A stretch of 64,000 nucleotides of DNA from a virus. Positions 54,035-63,500 of this stretch are shown piece after piece (within the stretch, counting starts at the first letter, position 1; each line of letters starts with the position of its first letter). Where the stretch lies: IMG/VR virus record IMGVR_UViG_3300028802_000007, positions 1-64,000 of that record. One strand, 5' to 3'. The notes under the pieces were generated by a model. That model made no database searches and was not told the DNA's origin. It worked only from the letters and a program-made list of their open reading frames with translations. The translations under genes were made by a program, and so were the position numbers.

Positions 54035-54468
54035 TCACGCAGCCTCAGGTTGCAGTTGACGAGCGCCTTCCAGGTGTTCTCCTTGGTCGTGTCCGACACC
54101 GTGTAGGTCTCGCCCAGGAACTCGAGCTCGTCACCCGGGAGGATGTCGGTCCCGACCGGGCAGCGGAACATGTAGGTGTTCACGGTGACGATCGCGCCCG
54201 TGTCCGGCGTCTGGACCTGAGACGGCGTGCTGTAGAACCAGCCCTTCACCCAGTGCCTGCGGCTGTCGTTGGTCGCGATGTACTCGAGGCCGTCGTCGCC
54301 GTAGGCGTTGGCCGGATCGGACGAGCTCTCGATAGGCGTCCGGCGGAGGACCTGCACGTCCTCGATCATGCCCAGTCGGGCGATGTACTTGCTGATGTAG
54401 TCCACCTGTGCCGGACTGAAGAACCGGTGGGTGGCCGGGTCCATTGGCGGCGGGCCGGAACTCGTCAT
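54031..54468 (-). CDS. head closure / head-tail adaptor
   Basis: PVGTDILPGDELEFLGETYTV; synteny. Confidence 0.7.
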   Translation of the reverse strand: MTSSGPPPMDPATHRFFSPAQVDYISKYIARLGMIEDVQVLRRTPIESSSDPANAYGDDGLEYIATNDSRRHWVKGWFYSTPSQVQTPDTGAIVTVNTYMFRCPVGTDILPGDELEFLGETYTVSDTTKENTWKALVNCNLRLRE

Positions 54469-55415
54469 CGCACTGAGACCCCGTCGAAGCGGTAGGTGGC
54501 GAGCAACGCCGCTGCATCAGGGACCAGAAGCTCGAGGTCCGATGCCCGGGCCCCGCTGGGGACAGACCGGATGATGGGCTTGGTCAGCTTGACCTCACCG
54601 ATCTGGAGGCTCTCGAGCTGGGTCATGCCCCGCGACCGGGTCTCCGACGCCCCGAACAGCCACGCCATGATGTGGCCCGCTGCCAGCGAGATCTCGTTGG
54701 GCAGCTTGTAGTGGTACGCCGCCGAGACCACGTCGGTCGCCTCGAGGTTGGCGTCGAAGACGACCGTGCCCTCGTCGTAGTTGATGGTGAAGCCGGTGGT
54801 GATGACGGCACCGTTCTTCGAGATGACCGGGGCCCCGCCGATGGGCACGCCCCACGCGTCCTCACCGTCCTGATCCGCGTACCACCACTGGTTCGTGGCG
54901 GCCCACGTCTGGCCGTCCTCTGTCTGGAGCGTCTCGCCCGGCTCCGTGAAGTCCCAGCCGTACTCGTAGCTGAAGCGCACGACCGGCGTGGCGAGCCCGA
55001 TGTTGGGGACCACCAGAGCGTTGAACAGTCCGGCGGAGGTCAGGGCGAGGGAGACGACCTCGACGTACCTCTGGCTGCTGTTGATGAACAGACCCGTCGT
55101 GTCCACCTGGACGTACTGGGTGTTCGTGACGTAGATGCGGAACTGGCTCATCCGCTTCACCGGCCAGTGGAACGGGTACGCCCGTCGCTGACCGATGTCG
55201 AAGTCGCTCTCCGGGTAGCGCCACGAGTGCTGCTCTCCCGTGATGGTGCCACCCCGGAAGTCGTGCTGCTGTGGCACACGCGGAACGAGGCAGTAGTTGT
55301 TGACCCAAGTCGTCGCTTGGGCCGCAAGCGAAGCCCACGTCGCCGGATCGTGCTCGCTCATGTCGATACCGAAGCCCATCTTCCTGAACCGGTCATAAGT
55401 GATGTAGGCGGGCAT
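54465..55415 (-). CDS. head-tail connector protein
   Basis: AYITYDRF..ATTWVNNYC..YEYGW..LPNEISLAA..LLATYR; follows capsid. Confidence 0.75.
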   Translation of the reverse strand: MPAYITYDRFRKMGFGIDMSEHDPATWASLAAQATTWVNNYCLVPRVPQQHDFRGGTITGEQHSWRYPESDFDIGQRRAYPFHWPVKRMSQFRIYVTNTQYVQVDTTGLFINSSQRYVEVVSLALTSAGLFNALVVPNIGLATPVVRFSYEYGWDFTEPGETLQTEDGQTWAATNQWWYADQDGEDAWGVPIGGAPVISKNGAVITTGFTINYDEGTVVFDANLEATDVVSAAYHYKLPNEISLAAGHIMAWLFGASETRSRGMTQLESLQIGEVKLTKPIIRSVPSGARASDLELLVPDAAALLATYRFDGVSVR

Positions 55416-55436
55416 CGGAGCTCCTGATGTTGGCGC

Positions 55437-55476
55437 TGGGTCGGCCCTTTAGGAGGGTACAAAAAGGGCCGACCCA
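55437..55476. terminator. 14-bp hairpin after capsid gene (terminator or mRNA stabiliser)
   Basis: TGGGTCGGCCCTTT / AAAGGGCCGACCCA; no clear U tract on minus strand. Confidence 0.5.
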
Positions 55477-55497
55477 AGCGTCAGATGAGGGTTGGGT

Positions 55498-56853
55498 CTA
55501 GACGACCTTCACCCTGATCTTGTTGTTCCACGGCAGGACCTTCACCGCGAGCCCGTTCATCAGGAAGACGATGTACAGGTGGGTGAGCTGGCCCGAGATA
55601 CCGATGGGGATCTCGAGGACCGTGGGACCGGGCGTCCCCAAGTAGGGGAGCGTGATGCTCTCCTCGTCGAGGATGTACAGGTCGCGGACCTTGTTGCCGC
55701 TGTAGGTGGAGGCGTGGTACGAGCTGATCGAGTCGCCAGGGACGACGGCCCACGGGAGCGGGCCTCCGACCGTGTTGATCTGATCGGCCACGACGCCGAC
55801 GCCCAGGTTCACCTGCTGCTCTCCCGCAAGGATGCGGAAGTTCGGGTCCTGCTGCTGGTTGAAGGTGATCTTCTCCGACGGGTGGCTCCAGAGGATGCTG
55901 GAACGGCCACCGGCCTGGATGATCGGCAGGACAGCCGCGTCAGCAGCGACGCGGAAGTTGCCGGTCGTGGTCGGAGCGGTCGCCGGGTCCAGGTTCTGGG
56001 CGTCGGCGCTGTTGAGAAGCTGGCGAAGGCCGGTGAAGGCGTTGGCGTCGTAGAGCCCGAGCTCGTTGTCCGCCGTGCCGCCGGAGTCGCTGGCGTTGCC
56101 CTCGAAGATGGTGGTCTGCATGCGGTGCGCGATGCTCCGCAGGCCACCTTGGAGCTCGATCTGCTCCGGGTTGTAGTTCATCCCACCGGCCATCACAGCG
56201 AACTGCGACTTGAGCGAGATGCCACGCCGGGTCGCCAGGATGGCGATGTTCGTGGTCTTGCGGACGTACGTCGAGGTGTCGTCCGTGACGGTGCCGAGCT
56301 CCGCCATGAACTTCGCGTCGCCGTACGCGGTGATCTGGTTCCAGGCGTGGACGAGGCCGTTCGCCGGCTCCTTCCGCATCCGGTCATAGGCCGGGAAGAT
56401 GCGGATGAAGATCTCGTAGAGCAGCGGCTCCAGGTCCTGCCGGATCAGCGCGGTGGCACCCGTGGTATCGAGGGCCTTGGCGACGTCCGGGTCGAGGGTG
56501 CCGTGCAGTCCGTTGAAGGCGTTCTGGGCCGCGAAGCCTGCGGTGTTCAGCCACAGGTCAAGCGGAACGCCTGTACCGGACTCACGAGCCTGCCGCGAGA
56601 AGAGCGAACCAAGCTGGTTGTCGCTCTTGGTGCGGAGGGTCTCGAAGAGGGTGTCACGCTCGTCAGGCGTGATGTATCGGCGACGGACTTCGGGGTCCGG
56701 CGTCGCTTGCTGCTCGATCGTCTTCGCCACTTCAGGAGCCGGCGCAGCCACGTTGGGCTCGTCGTTCATCTTGGCGAGGGTCGAGCCGATCTGCTCGAGC
56801 GTCTCGGAGTTGCTCTTCAGCAACGCCGCGATCTCCTCGTAGGTCATGGGCAT
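55498..56853 (-). CDS. major capsid protein (HK97 fold)
   Basis: ATG 56853; KALDTTGATALIRQDLE, IFEGN..AFTGLRQ; follows prohead protease. Confidence 0.85.
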   Translation of the reverse strand: MPMTYEEIAALLKSNSETLEQIGSTLAKMNDEPNVAAPAPEVAKTIEQQATPDPEVRRRYITPDERDTLFETLRTKSDNQLGSLFSRQARESGTGVPLDLWLNTAGFAAQNAFNGLHGTLDPDVAKALDTTGATALIRQDLEPLLYEIFIRIFPAYDRMRKEPANGLVHAWNQITAYGDAKFMAELGTVTDDTSTYVRKTTNIAILATRRGISLKSQFAVMAGGMNYNPEQIELQGGLRSIAHRMQTTIFEGNASDSGGTADNELGLYDANAFTGLRQLLNSADAQNLDPATAPTTTGNFRVAADAAVLPIIQAGGRSSILWSHPSEKITFNQQQDPNFRILAGEQQVNLGVGVVADQINTVGGPLPWAVVPGDSISSYHASTYSGNKVRDLYILDEESITLPYLGTPGPTVLEIPIGISGQLTHLYIVFLMNGLAVKVLPWNNKIRVKVV

Positions 56854-56857
56854 GTGT

Positions 56858-58279
56858 TCAATCCTTCTTGAGGAGGTCCACGAACGCCTCTCCATAGACC
56901 GACTTCAGGGACTCGAAGTCCTTGGCAGCGTCGGTCACCTGGGTCCGCTTCCCCATGGGGGTCGCGGCGAGGCGGGTCAACAGGGCAGACATGTCGTTCA
57001 TGGCCTTCTCAGCCAGAACGAGCGCCTGATCGCGCTCCTGCTCCAGACGAACGTTCGCGGTCTTCGCTTCGACCAGCTCGCGGGTGATCGAGAGCATCAA
57101 CTCGTTGTTCGCGTGGATGGACGCCGTCAGGGTCGGCTGGAGATCCAGCTCCTCGACGTTGTCCGCTTCGGCAGGGGCGTCCCCGTTCTCAGGGCTGCTC
57201 TCCTCAGAGGGAGCTTCCTGCGGGGCCGGGGCAGCACCGTCGCTGTCCTCGGTGTCATCGGGAGGCGGAGTCTCGAACTCCGCGAGGTGGGCTGCAAGCT
57301 CCTCACCAGTGAGGGTCGGCTCGTCGCCCTTCGAGGAAGCGTCGTCGTGGGGATGGTTCTCATCCCCGTAGGCGCTCATGTGGGAGTGGTCGTGCTCGCT
57401 GCCCTGCTTGTCATCGACGTGGGTGTGGCCCTCGTCGTGGCTGTGGGCATGCGTGTGGGCGTGGTCGTGGGAATGGACGATGCCGTTCCAGTGCTCGTGG
57501 TTGTGGTCATGCTCGTGAGCATGGGGGTGGGTGTGATCAGCAGGCTTCTTCGCCTTCTCCAACTCCACGTCTTCGTCACTGGTGATCTCCACCATCGTGC
57601 CGTCAGCCGGGGCCTCGATGCCCTCCATGACCTCGCCAGTGCCTTCGCTCTCTTGGACCTCGAGCGGCATCTCGGCGATGTAACCGACCTCGCCGTCGCT
57701 GCGCTCGATGACCTCACCGGTCTCCGGCGGAGCATCGCCATCAGCCCACGACATGGTCAGGCCACCGTTGAGGCTCTTGACCGCGTACTCGACCCAGGAT
57801 CGCGGGTTCGCCGGGACGCCGACGATGGAGGTCTCGAGGAGGTCGATGTGGTCGATGACGTAGCGACCGGACTCCTTGGATCGGGTCGCGCCACCGTCGG
57901 GGATGCGGGCACCGATCGACAGGCCCAGCTTGGTGCCGTTGTCGATGGCCTCCCACGCCTTGACGGCTCGCGGGTTGGCCTCGTTGACCACGATGTCGAA
58001 GACGAGATCCTGGATCTCGGAGTCCTGCGGGTGGGAGCGGAGCACGGCCCGCTCGACCGAACCCGCCACATCCTCCGGCACCTCGTACCGGTGGTTGAGG
58101 AAGATGGTCATGTTGTTGTTGGCGGTGGTCTCCATCTCGGACAGTGCGGTCCGGGTGATGGTGTCGCCGTGGCGGTCCTTGATGGATGACGACGCCACGC
58201 CATGGAACCGCTTCCGTCCGTCGGCGTCGCTCGACGCCTTCAGGAGCGGGACGAAGATCTTGAACGTGCTCTCGGTCAT
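56858..58279 (-). CDS. prohead protease/scaffold fusion with His-rich insert
   Basis: GVASS..DRHGD, FLNH, GLSIG, LLETSIVGVPANP (HK97 S78-type), acidic linker, coiled-coil C-terminus. Confidence 0.88.
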   Translation of the reverse strand: MTESTFKIFVPLLKASSDADGRKRFHGVASSSIKDRHGDTITRTALSEMETTANNNMTIFLNHRYEVPEDVAGSVERAVLRSHPQDSEIQDLVFDIVVNEANPRAVKAWEAIDNGTKLGLSIGARIPDGGATRSKESGRYVIDHIDLLETSIVGVPANPRSWVEYAVKSLNGGLTMSWADGDAPPETGEVIERSDGEVGYIAEMPLEVQESEGTGEVMEGIEAPADGTMVEITSDEDVELEKAKKPADHTHPHAHEHDHNHEHWNGIVHSHDHAHTHAHSHDEGHTHVDDKQGSEHDHSHMSAYGDENHPHDDASSKGDEPTLTGEELAAHLAEFETPPPDDTEDSDGAAPAPQEAPSEESSPENGDAPAEADNVEELDLQPTLTASIHANNELMLSITRELVEAKTANVRLEQERDQALVLAEKAMNDMSALLTRLAATPMGKRTQVTDAAKDFESLKSVYGEAFVDLLKKD

Positions 58280-59550
58280 GTGGCTGCCCCTTCCGATGGG
58301 TCAGTACTGGGCACCGTTGGCTCGAGCTTCTCGAGGGCGGTGATGTACTCATCGAACTTGGACGCGGCCACGTCCCAAGTCGCCAGAGAGCGGATGTGCT
58401 CCACTCCGGCATGGCCGAGATCCCTCTGGAGGCCCTTGGAGCGGAACATCCGCTCGATGGCTTCCGTGAAGGCTGCGATGTCCGGCAGCCATGTGTCCTC
58501 GCCTGACGGCGGGGTGCTCATGTAGCCGCTTGGCTCGAGGAGGATGCCGCCGGGCCCGACGTACTCAGGGATGGCGGAGACGTTCTGGGCGATGACCGGG
58601 GTGCCGCAGGCCAGAGCCTCCATGTTCCCCAGACCAGCGCCCTCTCCTCGAGAGGTGCTGACGACGACATCGAAGGCCGACAGGAGGACGTTCATGTCCT
58701 CGATCGCCCAGCCCTCGAAGCTGTTGTGCAGGCCCGGGAAGTGGAACCGATCCGGCCTCACCTTCTCGGCGTTCCGCAGGAGCATGTCCTGCATCCGCAA
58801 GCCCACGTTCATGGCCTCGTCCTGACAGTGGAACCAGGCCTCGACCTCGCTGTACTTCTCCATCACCGGCCACAGGGCCTTGATGAGCGCGGCGTAGTCC
58901 TTGCGCCCGCTGTTGGTGTCCACTCGACCGACGAGGTACTTGTCAGGGTCGAGTCCGAAGGCCCGCTTGCAGTCGTTCTTCGTCTTGCAGACGATGCCAG
59001 TCGAGGTCGTCTTGGGCTTCTCCCAGATCGGCCAGAACATCTCCTGGTCGATGGCGTGATAGACGAGCTCGCTGGGCTGGTAGAACTTCTGGCCCCACTC
59101 GCTCATGGCGATGACGTTGGTGACCTTGGGCAGGATCGTCGTCCACGTCGGCGGGAGGTTGGTCCCATCGACGGGGATGTAGGCCAGCATGGGCCGGTAC
59201 TGGAGCAAGATCCGGTCCGGGTCCTTGGTGTTGGCGAAGAGCGTGTTCAGGATGACCTGAGGGTCCTGAAGGATGACCACAACGTCGGGATCGACCTTGC
59301 CGAGCATCTCGACGATGCGAGCCCGACCGTAGATGTCGCCTTGAACGATGGTGTCCGGGCGGTACAGGCGGAGCGGCGTGACGTGCGAGTGGTACGGTCG
59401 CTCGCAGTTCCACGAGTCGCCCCGGTAGTTCGTGGCGAGGACGTGGATCTGATGTCCGAAGTCCTCGACCAGCCGCTCGCCGATCGCATGCGTGACCCGT
59501 GAGAAGCCGGTCGTGCAACCGGCATCACTCAGCCAGAGTACCTTCGCCAA
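58276..59550 (-). CDS. GT4-family glycosyltransferase
   Basis: TTG 59550 (GGAGGA SD); TGFSRVT, NSGRKD, STSRGEGAGLGNMEALACGTPVI. Confidence 0.9.
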   Translation of the reverse strand: MAKVLWLSDAGCTTGFSRVTHAIGERLVEDFGHQIHVLATNYRGDSWNCERPYHSHVTPLRLYRPDTIVQGDIYGRARIVEMLGKVDPDVVVILQDPQVILNTLFANTKDPDRILLQYRPMLAYIPVDGTNLPPTWTTILPKVTNVIAMSEWGQKFYQPSELVYHAIDQEMFWPIWEKPKTTSTGIVCKTKNDCKRAFGLDPDKYLVGRVDTNSGRKDYAALIKALWPVMEKYSEVEAWFHCQDEAMNVGLRMQDMLLRNAEKVRPDRFHFPGLHNSFEGWAIEDMNVLLSAFDVVVSTSRGEGAGLGNMEALACGTPVIAQNVSAIPEYVGPGGILLEPSGYMSTPPSGEDTWLPDIAAFTEAIERMFRSKGLQRDLGHAGVEHIRSLATWDVAASKFDEYITALEKLEPTVPSTDPSEGAAT

Positions 59551-59785
59551 GTTCGTCCTCCACGCCCTCTTCAGGGCTGATGGTTCGTCCTGCCGGAAGC
59601 CGGTGCTTCTCGAAGCAGGGCCTGCACAGTTGCAGCGAGGCCTTGGATGTGTTCCTGTGCCAGACGCTGTAGGCCGTCGCGCCCTCAGAGCCGCACAAGA
59701 TGCAGGCCTTGAGCTCACGCTCGATCTTGCGCTGGAGGTCCTCCAACTGACGACGCGTCAGGCTCTTGAGGGCGTCATCCATCAT
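59525..59785 (-). CDS. small Zn-finger protein
   Basis: CILC...LCRPC. Confidence 0.6.
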   Translation of the reverse strand: MMDDALKSLTRRQLEDLQRKIERELKACILCGSEGATAYSVWHRNTSKASLQLCRPCFEKHRLPAGRTISPEEGVEDELGEGTLAE

Positions 59786-60035
59786 CGAGATGCTCCCCGC
59801 CCCAGACCGTCGCGTTGATCCACCGTCGTTCCCGCTGGCGATAGGCCGTGGGATGGTCGGCCTTCCGACGACTCAGGCGGTACAACTCGGCCTGCTGGGC
59901 GAGGTCCTCGTCCAGGACCTGGTGCCGGCTGATCGGCAGTTCACGGGTCCGGGCGGAGTTCCTCCAGTAGCCCGGGTTCCTCGTCCGCCAGCGCCTGACA
60001 GCCTCAGCGTTCTTCTCTGGGTCGGCCCACGGCAT
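59775..60035 (-). CDS. basic hypothetical protein
   Basis: TAATG-coupled; MPWADPEKNAEAVRRWR. Confidence 0.55.
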   Translation of the reverse strand: MPWADPEKNAEAVRRWRTRNPGYWRNSARTRELPISRHQVLDEDLAQQAELYRLSRRKADHPTAYRQRERRWINATVWGGEHLDDG

Positions 60036-60352
60036 TACTGCCGACGGACAGTCACCTGGACCTCCGGGGACGTCGTCTGGACGCGGCCCCCTGGATAAGT
60101 CACTTCCCACTGGACGTTGAAGGTGCCCGGGACCGACAGGTCGTTCGGGCCCCACGAGTAGCTGACGCTGCCTGCGACGGCGCTGAGGACGGTCGCTCCG
60201 GCGTTGACCTGATACCGCTTGTCGGCTGGCTGCTTCATCTGGAAGCGAACCGAGCAGCCGGTCAGGTCGATGATCGAGGAGATGTCGTCCTCCTCGTGGA
60301 TGATCGCCTTGATGTCCGGGGCCGTGTCGCCCTGGACGAAGGTCAGACTCAC
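60035..60352 (-). CDS. BppU-N-like Ig-fold virion adaptor
   Basis: QGDTAP..IDLTGCSVRFQM..GSVSYSW..DLSVPGTF..WEVTYPGG. Confidence 0.7.
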   Translation of the reverse strand: MSLTFVQGDTAPDIKAIIHEEDDISSIIDLTGCSVRFQMKQPADKRYQVNAGATVLSAVAGSVSYSWGPNDLSVPGTFNVQWEVTYPGGRVQTTSPEVQVTVRRQ

Positions 60353-60540
60353 ACGCTCCCTCGCACGAACTCGAGGAGGCCCACGACGATGCCGATGGGC
60401 CAGGCCCACGTCCCAAGGAAGTCACCGACAGACGTGATGACCTCGACGTGGATGGCGGGCAGGACGACCGACAGGAGCAGGCAGATGAGCCCAGCGACGA
60501 AGCCGACGGCCACTGCCCGGATCACTCGGTTGAGCATCAA
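60349..60540 (-). CDS. two-TM membrane protein
   Basis: 63 aa, hydrophobic. Confidence 0.55.
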   Translation of the reverse strand: MMLNRVIRAVAVGFVAGLICLLLSVVLPAIHVEVITSVGDFLGTWAWPIGIVVGLLEFVRGSV

Positions 60541-63500
60541 ACGACCTCCGCATCGAGAGTGAAGTACGACCGGCGCGTCCAGAACCAGGTGAAGTCCATG
60601 GTCCTCGCAGACAGGCTGGGCGCGATGGTCGCCGCGCTCAGGCTGCCCTCGATGGTCCCGGCTGTGGTCGTCCCGGCGATGGTGTCCGCCGTGGTGGTGG
60701 ACTCAATCTCCTGGACGATGTGCCGACTGATGGACGCATCGACGGTGAAGTTGCCGTAGCCCGGACCCGTGATCTGGGCGTCGGCGGTGAAGGACCGCTG
60801 ACCAGCCGCCCCAACGGACGCATCCGCCGTGAACGAGCCAGCCCTTCCGGCCTTGATGATGGCGCGAGCGGTGAACGACCCGGTGCGGACGATCCGCAGC
60901 AGGGCGGATGCCGTGAAGGTCCCGGTCCGGGTCCGCTGGATGACCGCATCGACGAGGAACGTGCCGCCTGCCACGAAGAGCGTGACGTAGGCGTCTGCCG
61001 TGAGCGATCCAGTTCGGAGGGTCGCGATGACAGCGTTGGTGGTCACCCCGCCCGTTCGGGTGGCCCTGATCACCGCATTGGCGGTCAGGGAGCCAGTCGC
61101 TGTTCGCTTCGCGATGGCGTTCGCCGTGAACGAGCCGACCGAGCTCGAGCGCAGGACCGCGTCGGCCCGCATCGTAGCAGACCGCGTGGCACGCACAATA
61201 GCGTCCGCGCTGAATGCGGCGGTGGTTCCGCCAGCGATCCACGCAGCCGCTGTGAAAGTGCCCGTGCTCGTCCGCTTGACTACAGCGTCGGCGACGAAGG
61301 TCCTATTGAAGCTGGCCTTGATAACGGCGGATGCCGTGAACGAGCCCGACCGGCTGGCGAGGACGACGGCGTTGGCCGTGTAGGACCCCGACCGGGTGGC
61401 CTTGATGGTCGCGTCAGCGGTGTACGCACCAGTGCGCGTCGCGAGGATCAGGGCGTTGGCGACGAAGGTGCCTGTGCGGGTTGCCTTGATGACCGCGTCG
61501 CCCTTGAACGAGCCAGCGCCGGCTGTCGGGGAGATGATCCAGGCGTCTGCGGTGAAGGAGCCCGCGAAGGTCCGCCGGATGACGGCATCGGCGGTGAAGG
61601 ACCCGGCCCTCGTGGCCTTGATGACCGCGTTCGCGGTCGTCGAGCCGGTCTGGGACCGCAGGATGAGGGCGGAAGCGGTGAACGAGCCCGCTCGAGTCGC
61701 CTTGATGACCGCATTGGCGCTGAACGAGCCGCTGAACGTCTTCAGCAGCAGGGCGTTGGCCGTGAACGATCCGGTGATGCTCAGGCGCAGGACGACGGCG
61801 TTGACCGTGAACGTCCCGGTCTGGTTGAGCCGCAGGACGATCGCGTTCGCCGTGAACGAGCCTGTTCGAGTGGCCTTGAGGACGGCGTCAGCCGAGAACG
61901 CCCCGGTAGCGGTCCGCTTGACGACGGCAGAGGCGGTGAAGCTGCCGGTGAACGTGGCCCGGATCACGGCGTTGGCCGTGTAGGACCCCGACGCCGTCCT
62001 CAGGATGACCGCGTTGCCAGTGAAGCTACCGGTCAGGGTCTTCTTGATGGCGGCGGAGGCGAGGAAGGCCGCCACACCAACCCCGCCGATCCACGCATCA
62101 ACGGTGTACGTCCCTGTCTGGGTGCGCTTGATGACGGCGTCGGCCCGGAAGCGCGGCATGATGACCGCGTTGGCCGTGTAGGCACCCGTCTGGGTCCGCT
62201 TCAGGACCGCATCCGCCGAGAAGCGCGGCATGATGACGGCGTTGACCGTCAGCGATCCGGCTTGGGTTCGGAAGATGACCGCGTTGGCTGTATACGACCC
62301 CGTCCGGGTCGCCTTGATGGCGGCATCGGCGGTCAGGGAGCCCGTGCGGGTCGCCTTGACGACCGCGTCAGCGAGGAACGTCCCCGTCCGGGTGGACTTG
62401 AGGACAGCGTTGGCCGTGAAGGAGCTCGTCGCGGTCCGGGCCAGCACGGCGTTGGCCGTGAAGCTGCCCGTCTGGGTCCGCAGGATGGTCGCGTTGCCGG
62501 TGAACGAGCCGGATCGGGTCGCGAAGATGACCGCGTTGGCCGTGTACGACCCGCTGATGGTCGCCTTGATCAGGGCAGAGGCGCTGAACGAGCCGGTCAG
62601 GGTCGCCTTGACAACGGCATTGGCAGTGAAGCTGCCGGTGCGCGTGATCTGGACCCAGGCCGACGCCGTGAACGCTCCGGCGATGGTCTTCTTGATGACC
62701 GCATCGGCGGAGAGGGAGCCGGTGCGGGTCAGCCGGATGACCGCGTCTGCGGTGAAGCTCCCGGTCCTCGTCGCCTTGACGACCGCGTTCGCCGTGAAAC
62801 TCGACGTGATGGTCGCCTTGACCACGGCGTTGGCTGTGAAGGTGCCCGTCCGGGTCACGACGATGAGGGCGTTGGCCGTGAAGCTGCCCGTCGCGGTCTT
62901 CAGGACCACCGCATTGGCGGTGAAGGACCCAGTCCTGGTGGACTTGAGAACCGCGTCGGCTGCGAACGAGCCGGTGCGGGTGCTCTTGATGACCGCGTTT
63001 GCCGTGAACGTCCCCGTCTGGGGGCGCAGGATCAGAGCCGATGCCGTGAAGCTTCCGGTGCCGGTCTTCAGGAGGACGGCGTTGGCTGTGTAGCTGCCCG
63101 TGCGTGTGCTCTTGATGGCCGCGTCGGCCTTGAACGAGCCCGTGATGGCCGCCTTGATGACAGCCGCTGCGGTGAACGATCCGGGCTGGGGCCGCAGGAT
63201 GAGAGCGGCTGCGGTGAAGGACCCGGTCTGGGTGCGGAGAACCACCGCGTTGGCAGTGAAGGTGCCGGTTCGAGTCGCCTTCAGGACAGCGTTGGCGGTG
63301 AAGGAACCCGTGACTGTCCGCACGATCGCGGCGTTGGCCGTGAACGAGCTCGAGATGGTCGCCTTGACCACCGCGTTGGCTGTCAGCGAGAAGGCGGTGT
63401 CGGCGACGAAGTAGAAGTCGAAGGCGGTGTCTTCAGCCGACCAGATCGACAGGTTCCAGATGCTCGTGCCGCCGCCCGCGTACACAGACGTGGTGTACAG

